64,000 nt of DNA, taken from NCBI GenBank assembly GCA_037379345.1, contig CM074512.1:54395597-54459596 (forward strand). The letters run 5' to 3'. This DNA is from Perna viridis. Lineage: Eukaryota. Below are positions 52,601 to 64,000 of this stretch, piece after piece (positions within the stretch are counted from its first letter, which is position 1; each line of letters starts with the position of its first letter). The translations under genes and the position numbers were made by a program. The notes beneath the pieces were generated by a model. The model was not told where the DNA came from and searched no databases. It saw only the letters and a list, made by a program, of their open reading frames with translations.

Positions 52601-55500
52601 TCATCCGTATACCAATTTGAGTTTTCATTGGTTGGCTCTTATGGAGCATTTATTTATCTTCAAAGAAGAGCTATGATTCTCTATTATACAAACGGAGACG
52701 CTAAAGCCTACTTCAGATGAAAATATTCAATTGAAAAAAAAAATTGAACTTTTATAAAACTAATTCTTTCATGTGTAAGTGCTGACACCTTTTATATTGT
52801 AAAATACCAAATTAGCATAGACGGCCCGTGACAAGGCGGTTTTCAACCAATGCAGTCTTTTCTATAATGATATTCCGCTTAAATGTGTTACTATTAACAG
52901 ATAAATGTGTGTATTATGGCGAAGTCTATAAAAGAAGATTTTTCTTATGTGGAAATGAATCATTCATTTCGCTCGATTTGTCTTCATTGGAATCTTCCCG
53001 ACAGACTTTAAAATCTTATGTCTTTTTAATATGACATAGGCGACAAACTGGTTACTTTATGTCCACGGCGATTCTAAGCTTAGGTACGGATGAATGAATT
53101 CCGGAAAATAGTGTTTTCAACGAGTTAAATGAATCTTCAATTTTCATTGAGGAGAAATGTAATCCTTGCATTTAGCCTATGTTTTTAATGACATTCCCTT
53201 GGTGAATTGTTTGTTTCTTTGCACGATATAGGCTGGATTTTGACACTTTTAACAACGCATATAAACTGATAAGAAATTAAACTTTAGGATCCCTCACATA
53301 AAAAGGAAATTTTTTGGCCATATATAACAGCGCGTATTTATTTCCTTCAACATAATGTTGACATATATAGAAATGCAATATTATAAATTACAAAGCAGTC
53401 AAAAGGTGTTAAAATTCCACTGTCCTTTAAAAAGCATATCCATGTCAGGACTAATAAATTTTATTTATGGAACCAGAAATATGCCATTTGAATACAATGC
53501 TATGTACAATAGCGAAAGATTCGTCTGAATGCTTGTTAAGAGTGTCTCAAAATTGGTTGTAACGTACTTTCTTGGTGTTAATCCATCAACTAAGTACCTA
53601 AAATTGTTTCAATACTCGTGTACCATTTACATATTTTTCATTCTTACGAACTCTACAAAGCGTTTATGATTCATGGGTTAATTGTTCTGATGGTGCATTT
53701 CTACATAGGTTGTAATTCTAAAATAATGTCTGTGTATTCTTATAATGAATAAATGACAAACCTTTCAGAAGCTCGGGGAGAAAATTTAACTATGTGTTTT
53801 AAGTTTGCAGATTTATAAACATCAACGAACAGTTCAAAATGTTTTTTAATGGTGGAGGATCCACAAAATTATATCAGCGAGTTCTGATCCTGAAGTTACA
53901 TCAAAAAGAAGTTCCAAAATATTATTTTGCTCTTTTTTGGCCAAATTTTGCACAAAATTAACAAACATTTCGAACAAAAGGGGATTTCAACCCCAGTACT
54001 CTACTTTAGACCCGCCACTATATTTTTTATTGTCGTTCTTAATCTAATATAAGGTTTAACTTACTAAGTTCTTCTATATCTAATTAGTATGTTGCATTTC
54101 TATATAATTTAATACTTAAACTATATTTGTCAGTAGCTGTCTGTGAAATTTAGTACTGTCATTCAAGACATTGTACATTGCAAAATGAATCTTGATATTA
54201 AACGTATTATGATATAGGAGATAATGATAAGGACGTATTAATGTTCATGTCTGTACAACATGACCCCTTTCTATAGGAATAACTTTATAATTTCTCAATT
54301 TCAAATAAAGTTTTTATCCTGTTGAGCTTTCCACTTATATATCGACATTAGCTTAAAACTTTCTGTGTGTTATTGAGTATAATGTACATTTATTTCATTG
54401 TGTGTATTCACATCTTTTGTTTAAAACATTCATAGGATTTTTGTGCTGGTGAAGGTATTTACAACTGACATATACTTGTACATATGTATACATGTATGGA
54501 TATATTAGGAATATAATACTCATCGTTTTCAGTTTTGTTTCGTCCGATTTTATGCTTTCATCCGTGGTAATAACTCTGCCAGCAGGGAAGAAAGATAAAG
54601 CCGATTTAGTATTTTTATTGGTAATTGCGTGTAAAAGTACTTATTTTTTATCCATATAGATTTATTTCTGTTGCTAAATGGACTTTGTACACATCTGATC
54701 AAGGGTTAGAAAATTATTCATGTAGTGTAGGAAACGATTAATGTTTTTTTTCAGTCCCTCGACGAAAAAGCGACCAAAAGGTAAACAACAAAATACAAGG
54801 ATTACTACGGTAATACTAATCAATTCGGGGCGGATCCAGAGATTCTGAGGGTGAGTCCAGTAAAAAAGGAGTTCTGGCTATTATTAGCTAATTTTGCCAT
54901 GATATAGCACGAGGGGGTTCCATCCTCTCGATCCGCCACTGAATTAAGTTTTGTAAGCTTTACCCAGAATATTATTTTGTCTTCATCCTGTTAGTCGATT
55001 ATGAGTAAATAGACCATGAAAAACGTTGGTTTTAACAGATAAATGAATAAAAATTTCCAAATAGTACTAGTTTACACGAATTCACTCTGAATTAAAAATA
55101 ACGTAAGACCCTTTATATAATTATCTTATCTCTTATTTTCTTTACCATGGATACAAATTCAACATTTTAAAATAAAATCTTTTAAACCGTCATCTCATTA
55201 TAGTCGAATACTTTGTATTTACATTTTATAACGTTTATAATATGATTTGTAGGAAATGAAACTGGATAAAAGCTACTTTAGACCATTTATATTACTTATG
55301 CATTAAATGTAGAACATACCATTTCAAAAACTAACATTTTCAAACTATTTTTAATTTTGACAAGTTTGTAAAATAATTTAAAGACTACAATCGTACAGAC
55401 ATATTACTCTATCATCGCAATAGAATATTTCAAAAAGTTCTAATAATTTCTCTTTGCTGTATTAACATGCAACCATCTTTGCATGTTGGTCACTTGCTTA

Positions 55501-56021
55501 TCACGAATATTGAGCTATTGGTGGTGGATGTATGTTCGATAAATGCCCCATAGAACTGAACGCTGAATGTTCATTTTCGTTTCTTAGATTTGTCAGTCCA
55601 TTGTTCGTCCCTTGGTACACGTACCAGTCATTAATATTAGTTTGATGAGATTGTCCCAAACTTACATTGTCATTTCTTCGTATTTCTGTCGACGATGCAT
55701 TCGACATCGGTGAAGTCTCTTGATTTCCGGTCAAGTGTTCACTTTTCACTTCCTTTAATGGCGGAGAACTTGCTGTTGTGTCACCCTCGGACGGATTTGT
55801 TTCGTCATCAGAGTCTTTAAGTTCTAAACTAGGTGAAATGTTACCATGGATTTTCATGTGTTTCCTGAGAGAACTTGGATGAGTGTATGTTTTATCACAT
55901 CCTCGTATTTTACAAATATACGGTTTGTCGCTCGTGTGTACGTGTGAATGCTTCTTTCGATCAGAACTATTAGCGAATCTTCTGTCACATCCTTCAAACT
56001 CGCATCTAAACGGCTTTTCTC
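55501..56021 (-). CDS. Zic: ZicC exon 2 (ZF4, ZF5, C-terminus)
   Basis: Acceptor ttttttttacag ends at 56022. [59 protein letters not shown]...INDWYVYQ...PIAQYS*. Spliced CDS 1389 nt = 462 aa. Confidence 0.96.
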
Positions 56022-56928
56022 CTGTAAAAAAAAGTGAAAAAAAGCTGTGAATAACTCGTGATAATAGATGGGCTTATGTAAGTTTTGCCGATTTCTTACA
56101 CGCCATAGATTACTTTCTGTCGTCGACACATCCTTCATCTTTATCTTCATATTAAACTGATGTTTATAATACTTAGGCGTTTTATTTTGAATTCTTGAGG
56201 AATGTCAATAATAATGGATTGAACCAACGATGGAACAAAAGCCAGGAAAATAGAAAATTGTTATAAATCGGTATTTTCATTCATGTGCGTCCGCGTCTTA
56301 TAAATACTGTATGCTCTTCTTGTCACGTGAACTATTTTAATTTTCCTATTATTTGCGGTATTGCATATGAAACTCCAATATCGAACATCGTATATGAAAA
56401 TTAGTAATTTCAATTAATTGAGTCATTCACCATACACGTTGGTGTTAAAAATAATGATCATTTTGTTATTACTAATATAAAAGCTGCAACAAGTTAGTGA
56501 CATTACTGCAACAGTCTACGCATGAATTGGTATCTAAACTCTAGAGAAATATTGAAACAATACTCCATTGACGATTTACGGCGCTGTTGTCCCGAAGCCA
56601 GAGAAGGCGATACAATAGACCCGATGCTTCTGACAGCTGACTGATAAATGTTTAATCCACAATAATAACCCAAGTCTCGATAATCTAAGCCCGTCTTGAA
56701 GTAATAATAATTAATAACCGTGCATCTATCACCGATGTCATTTGTTATTTTTGAAATTATCATAGATTCCATGGTACCGTTATTGAAATGTTTAATTCAT
56801 TAGGAGAAAACTGAAGGTCATCGTGATGTTCATCGTGCATCATATGATGAGGCGAAAGTGATTATATCTGAAATGCTTGACGTTGACGAGGAAAGGTAAG
56901 TATTGATATAAACTCCTCTAAAAATGAA

Positions 56929-56992
56929 ATCAAGATTCAAGATTCTTTATTTCACTCAGACTCAAGAAATAAAGAATCTTGAATCTTGAATG
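56929..56992. mobile_element. 64-bp palindromic insertion made of two inverted LINE-like 3' tails
   Basis: Perfect 24-bp inverted repeat (56930-56953 / 56966-56989) with a 12-nt spacer; flanking 10-bp direct repeat TAAAAATGAA. Confidence 0.75.
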
Positions 56993-59900
56993 TAAAAATG
57001 AAGAATATTAGACTCTTAAAACCCAAAACACACTTATAAAATATTTCCTCCGCAAACATGAACACGTACAGACATTACAGAGCTAAACAAGAAAATTAAA
57101 ATTAAAATTAAAAACGGAAAAGAAAACCAATAAAAATTGGAGATAAGTATCACACAGCGGACGTCATTTTGCGCAGTTTCAAGTATGACATGTTTAGCTG
57201 TTTAAAAATATGACATTGTATCTTATGGTTATTGAAGTACAATCATTCATATACGTAATAAATCTTTTTTTTTCAATTTATCGTTTAATTCTCTCAAAGA
57301 GAAATGTGGATTCTATTCAGCGATAGACAATGTTTGTCTAGCGAAACAGAGTCTTGAGATGTCCATGTTCCGGAAGTCAATTGCATGTCGGTATAGGATT
57401 CTCCCCCATACCATTTAATCATGTTTTCTTTGTATTGATGAAGTTATGGCACATGACAGACTGTCAAATGGAGAATCGATGATTTGTTTGTGTATTTACT
57501 CCAAGATTAATTCTCCAAGTAATCCAATACTCTACAAGTGTTTATGATGATGCTTGATGTGAAACTTAATTATTGTTTGCATTAATTACTTGCTCCTGAT
57601 GAAGGAGCACTTATAAGTAAGAAGATTTTTTGGAGATTTAAAGAAAATCGTTTTACTTTTTTTTTAGTTGTTTTAAGCAAGTTTGACATTGTGCACTTAT
57701 GTTGTTATTCAATATCTTTGTTTGCATAGAATTGTCACATTGTTCCGATCAGCATTAAAATATGAACGCTAACATTTGAACTGGAAAAGAATAGTTTAAA
57801 AAGAGAAAAAAAATGAAATTATGATATAACACACTCAGTCTAGCATGTTATTAAAATACGTATCCATCTTGATGGCATATTGTTTATTTCTATATACAGC
57901 TGTGCCACACAATATATATAAGTAACAGGTTGCAGAAAATAGTGTAGTTCTCTCTACAAATGCTTGGTTTTTAACTTTATATACTTGTAAATTTCCCCCA
58001 TAAATATTGAAAATATTACGATGATAGTTTAGCTTCCAGCTGTTTTGAATTATTTTACTCTCAGAAAACACTTTGGAATGAATGCACTTTCTACAAATCT
58101 ATTACAGAAGACGTAATTTGACGTCTAAATGATGGCTGTTTTGAATTGTTGTATTGCTTGTCTGTCAAGGGGGGAAATTAAGCACAAGAACTTGTAAATG
58201 ATGCTGAGTAAAAACAAACAAAAAATGGTGAGAAAATTCTCAGCAGAGAGATCAAATATGATGTGATCTTTTGAACCTAGATATTTTGTCAGATTGTGAA
58301 TCCACTAGGGGATTTCACACCTTTTCCTTCCTGTGTTGTAGTGTAATGAATATTGTGTCATCATTCAGATCTTATTCATTTCATTTCTTGAAGCAAGTGT
58401 TAATTCGTCAGCGGGAAAATAGTTCCAAACAAACCAAGGCGAGCAGATATCAAAACACGAGCTTTGACAACATAAAATAAAATAAAATAAAAATCTTTAT
58501 TTAATTGGGTTCAACAAATAATATAATATGTTAAAATATCGCCCATTTCTCATTTATATATTTGTCATTTTGATTCAGGAAAATAAATATTAAAAAGAAA
58601 TGACCGGCAAAAAAAAATTAAAATTAAAAAGTGTCAGATAATGTAACGCGATTGAACAACGAATGCACTGATGGTGTTAACTAGTAATGTATCATTTATA
58701 TGTATTTATATCATAATTGCAAAAATAATAGACACGCCGATATTCTCAACCCTTCTGCAAAATGAATTAGTCTCCCAAACATTAAAGTTGATATAAATTA
58801 CAAAATTCCTGTAATAAACGAAATTATAACACCCAGTTGATGCATCAGACCATCATAAAACCTACATTACCGAGCAAATATGTATGGTATATTTATCAAA
58901 CCAAGTAATGGGCGTGAAGACATAATACGCAAAGAACACTCTCAGAACCATCTGGAATGGAACTTAGTTCCGACTTGTCCCCCATAACTGAAGTTTACGA
59001 CTACAATTAATGTCAAGTTGGAAAATTAAGACGCAATGGAGAATCAAGATGCGTTCTAGGAGATACGACAGAATCACATTGTTCTTGCTAGATTTATTTT
59101 GAGATGCGCGTTATTAATTGGCCTATTAATTAATCGTTAGTCTCGCTGTGAACTTTCACGTGCAGGCAGTGGGTGCTAATTGCTGGTTATGTAAAACTTG
59201 TTGGGAATGGACCCACTGGGGTCATTTTCGTAAGAGGAAGCACACCACTTCTCAGTAAAACACTGCTAGTCTTGTTTTGGACATCTTGAAAGGGTGTTTT
59301 CAAATTTTGTTTTATTAACTATTTGTCAGTTCAAAGGGTAAATTAGTTCAAATAGTATGAAGGTAATATGAAAGCATTACAAAAATAATATAAATTCGTT
59401 CCGCAAAAAAGAAACAAGAAAATAGTGTCTATTAACAAGTTCAATAAAAAATTATTTGGCAAAATTCCGTTTCGTTGTTGATTTATTTGAAGGTGATAAG
59501 TCTATCGAAAACCAATAATCTATTCCATTCTACACAAAACAAGTGACAACTTCACAAATAGTATTAGACACAAGTGGACAATCCGGTGACTTTTCTGTTA
59601 AAATTCGATATTTTTCACCTAGAGTAACCATCCAATTGATTTTAGGTGAAAAAAATTGTACTTGAAATGGCACTAGTATCAAGTGGGTTGTTACTTTTTA
59701 CAATGGAATTTGTATTTACAAATTAATTTTACAAATTAACTTTAGAAATTTTGTAAATTAACTTTCGGGAACATCTCAATTATCGTTTGTGAGACCTTAG
59801 GCCAATTGAGAAAATGTTATTTGGAATTTGTATTATGCACTTGTTAGAATTGACAGTTTTTTTTTGTATCCAGTTCGAATGGGTTTGAAATTTACAAAAT

Positions 59901-60753
59901 ATACTTTTAAAGTTCAAAGACTTGCTTCATAATAGTGACAAGTTTTTGCTTTCTGAAGGCTATTTTGTTAAATAAGTTACAAGTTTTAAGTGTTTAAAAT
60001 CAATTTATTTTTATGGGTTATTTAATATTCTTTAAGTGAGAAAAGGCTCTATTGATTGCACAAACATACAATTCAAAATGAACTTCTCTTCTTTAATTAT
60101 CTATAAAAAAGTTATTCTTGTATTTAGAAATGTATAGAATTATTTGAACAAGGCGTAACCTAATACACAATTATATAATATAAAATGTTGAAATATCCGC
60201 ATTTCGTGTTTACACTGCTCTGGGACTCTGCACTTTCGTTTTAATGTCGTAAAATAGGTACGGGTCTATCCGAAATTAAGAAATTTATTGAGTGACCAAG
60301 GTAAAATTTGTTAAATTTAATTTCATTTCCATTATCTATTTAAAATAAACAAATAAAGAGCAGTATCATATAAATTTGGTTTAAGTCAGTAGTATTCATG
60401 TGTCAAAATATTATCACGTTCGAGGAATAAAATCAGATCATTTAAATATAAATTCAACAAAAATTGTAAGTTAACATTTTATTCCATTAATATCTCTCTA
60501 AACAAAAGATAATTCTATGATTCATTTAAGATTATGGTCAGTGAATACTTTAAGATTTTCCCACAGTATAAGATAGTTATACAAATTATTAAACTATTTA
60601 TTTTTTTGCGTTTTAAATTGAAGTATTCTTTTCATTGAAACTTGGTATGTCGGTGAACTAAATTCCTTAATTTAATTGCATATCAAATCATTTCGGATTA
60701 TTTCAATTTTGATATCCGGTCTTGAAAACACAAATATTAATTTTATACCATAC

Positions 60754-61621
60754 CTGTATGCGTGCGTTTATGAATTTTGAGATTTTCAGATCTGGCGAAA
60801 ACTTTTCCACATCCCGGGAACGGACAAGGAAACGGTTTTTCTCCCGTATGGACTCTAATGTGGTTGACAAGTTTATATTTAGCTTTGAATGGTCTCTGTT
60901 CCCGAGCACACTCTTGCCAGTAGCAGGCATGATTTGTTTGTTCGGGACCTCCGACATGGTCCACTGTTATGTGAGTCACTATCTCGTGCATTGTGTTAAA
61001 CACTTTATTACAAGGCTTTTTAGGTTCTGGCTGCTCATAGTCCACCCATAAACACGTGTGTTCTTGTTTTATCTGCGGCCTCATGTACCGAAAAAATGCA
61101 CCGGGGCCATGAGGGCCCATGTTCATATGATTTAATGAGTTAATAGGTCCCATGTTATAGTGTTGCGCATAATGATCTGCTCTCGGAGGAAACTGTGCTA
61201 GCTGTTCCGGCCTGGAGTACACATCCGGAGGTGTTGTCAGACCAAATCGAACCTGGTTGTTCAAATGTGATGATGTCTGGTGTGGACCATCGTGTATACT
61301 CGGAAACAGAATGTGACTAGAGTTGGCTTCAGGATGGTGATGTGAATGGAAACTAGCAGATGTAGGGAACATACCGCCATGATGACCTGTGCCACCGGTG
61401 TCATGACTTGACAGTCCTATATCTGGACGCCGGAATAAAAAGTCTCTTGCAGCATAACTTCCTAAGTGTGAATGCGTAGCCCCGTATCCATTTGTTTGTG
61501 GTGGGTACTGCGGAGAACTCGACTGATTGTGCAATCCCTCATTCATAGGATGTGGGGGACTCAACTTCAATGCCCCCGGGGGAAGAGAAGCATGTGGATT
61601 TTCCATGTAAGGATTAATCAT
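60754..61621 (-). CDS. Zic: ZicC exon 1 (N-terminus, ZOC, ZF-NC, ZF1-3)
   Basis: ATG at 61621. Canonical [11 protein letters not shown]; [23 protein letters not shown]; ZF1-3 with the CW motif in ZF1 and ZF2. Donor G|GTATGG at 60754/60753; intron 4732 bp. Confidence 0.97.
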
Positions 61622-62010
61622 GCTGACAAAATATTTTGGTATATCATCAAAAGGTGATTTTTTTTTCCTTTCCTGTCCTCACAGTAGTTTAACAGTGGTA
61701 AACAATCCCGACACGGTACTACTTTAAAGAATAAAGTCACTAGTGAAATAGTCAACACATCAGCCCTGCTGGAGTTGATCCGAGTCCGGCTTGAAACTTA
61801 GAAGATTCACGTCATTTGCACCACAGTAGCTCTCGAACATAAATTCTATCGTGTCGAAAAAGAAGACATGATATGAAGACCACTACAGAGTCAAAGAAAA
61901 TATTTAGCCTCGTTAAATTTTCTTACAGAAATCAAATTGATACATTTTTAACAGAATCTATTTTTCAATTGGTGTTCCAAAGTCTGCATAAGTGAAATGT
62001 AACACCTTTA

Positions 62011-62047
62011 CCAATTCTGATTGGCTGATCGTTTAAAAGGCGTGGCT
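62011..62047 (-). promoter_or_regulatory. Candidate proximal promoter of ZicC (CCAAT boxes plus GC/KLF-like box)
   Basis: AGCCAATCAG (62026-62017), opposite-strand CCAAT at 62011-62015 and AGGCGTGGCT at 62038-62047, about 400 bp above the ATG. Confidence 0.5.
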
Positions 62048-62809
62048 AATAAAGTAGGCGTAATTTAAGTGACGATATTACAGAAAAGGTATTAAAAAAA
62101 TACAAAATTCAAACAACACAAAAGTGTTTCGTTATTAAAATTTTCAATTAATTAATATTATTAAAAATGATGGACTAATCAGTTATTAAATGGGAATTAT
62201 CAGAAATGATTGCAGAGAGCAATTATATATTTTTTTTAAATTAATCCGTTTTCTTTGTATCTTTTTTATTTCTATGATTTTGTTTCAAAATTATACTGTC
62301 TGATTATTTAATAAAAATTTATTTTACATGCAAAACGAGCACGAAAAAAAAATTAAATCATGTCCGAAAAATTATAACGAGAATACATTATGAGCAAAAA
62401 AAAGTCCATTATTATATATTATATATTCATTTGTTAAACACCTGTAGCTAGAAATAAGTGCAAAAATACTTGATGTTTCGAACAGATGTGTGCTTGGAGT
62501 AGTTCTGTGACGTCTTATACATCAAGTGCTTTGTGAGTAGATCTCATTAGAACAAGAAAAATAAGCATTCTTATTTGCTCTTCATTAGCAGGGACGCCGT
62601 GGGAAACCTTATCATTTGGTTTTTGTGGGAAAATCTACGACAAAACTCCAATAAGTAACAAAATAGTGCTTCTTATAAGTGTTATGTTTGTTATGATAGA
62701 AAACTTAATTATTTTATCAATATTTTTACTAGAAAATATTTTTACAATTTTATAAGTGCGGGAACTGAGAGAAAAGGTAAACGCAGAAACAATATAGAAA
62801 TGTTCTTAT

Positions 62810-62825
62810 AAAAAAAAAACAAAAA

Positions 62826-62856
<31 letters not shown>
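62810..62856. repeat. Poly(A) tract
   Basis: About 45 A with two C interruptions. Confidence 0.9.
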
Positions 62857-62858
<2 letters not shown>

Positions 62859-64000
62859 AAGCTATATATATAAATAGAAAATGATATATAAACTGTAATT
62901 GTGTTCATTCTTTTTCATTTTGGCAGTTTGAACGTAAACAAGGGCAGTGTAATGTTAGAATGACCATAGGTGTCTGCAACAAACTGCTAATCAGATAAAA
63001 TGAAATTAACGCATTTCTTTAGAAACTGGGCTACTGTGTCAGTCTTTGAACTATTGTATAAATAAAGATTTTATTATCTAAATACTGAACACCCTTTATA
63101 TAGAATGAATAGTTAGACGGGCTTGGTTTATAAACTGTGATATTTTTTTCAATGGAACTTGAAAAAATATTTATTTATTCAATGGTCAGAGCTGTGAATT
63201 TTTAAACAAATTTATTTTTGTACTTATCCTTCACTAAGTTGTTTCGTAATTATCAAAAAGGGAATATTCATAAAACTTAATTTTGAAAGAAAACAAAAAA
63301 ATGAGATGAACGCATACCGCAGGTTTATCAACTCGACTGTGCATTATTATTCCTGCTTATCAACATGTCCAAGATATCAACATCATCAATTACTCAACAA
63401 TGATTAAACGGTCACTGCTTATAATTGGGTACATTATGGGGATTATTAGATTGGAGGGGAATGAAGCCACATGCCATAACCCTCCGTATTATGGCATTTA
63501 TGAAAATCCAGATTAAGTTGCCCGAGTGTCAGATTTTCTTTCAACAAAATCATCGTACAGAAGATAAACCGTGCACTAAATTAGTTCTAACTTAAGCTGT
63601 ATATTTCACAACATGAAATGAATTAGTAATTTCGTTGACACAAATTGAATGATGATATTAAGAATTAGCGGGGTGAGGCATAAAATTGACTTATGTACAG
63701 CAAATTAACAAACCGATACGGAAACTCATCCAAAATCTGTGCTTACTTATCAAAGTAGTGCCACCCAAGAATTATTGGACAAAATATAAAAAAAATTAAG
63801 AAATCTATTCGCAATTGACGAAGTCAATAAAATCATGCTGCTTTTTCATTAAATTCTGCGACACCATCCACATAAAAAGTGTTACACAATAGAAAAATAT
63901 GATATGCTAACTACCAATGCAAACTGTATTTATTTTATATTTTATTTCTTTTTTTATGTTCCTCTAATCTAATTGATTGAAAATCCTGACTATTTTTTTG

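Overview
AT-rich animal genomic DNA. The repeat types look like those of a bivalve mollusc, but that is an impression and was not verified. The only supportable protein-coding genes are three paralogous Zic/odd-paired C2H2 zinc-finger transcription factors. ZicA (+) is present only as its last exon, 224-744. ZicB (-) has exons 38917-38053 and 34841-34294 (470 aa). ZicC (-) has exons 61621-60754 and 56021-55501 (462 aa). The letters are placeholders. All three have the phase-1 intron in the ZF3-ZF4 linker. The layout is A-> <-B <-C, with 17-34 kb gene-free spacers holding MITEs, SINE/LINE fragments and microsatellites. Main points of interest: the three-gene cluster itself; asymmetric paralogue divergence (ZicC conservative, ZicB with altered ZOC/ZF-NC); a shared C-terminal extension after the NEWYV motif; a possible gene-conversion tract in ZF2-ZF3; and unusual retroposition footprints (a 24-bp perfect twin-tail hairpin with TSD in the ZicC intron, and a tRNA-like element with an antisense leader).
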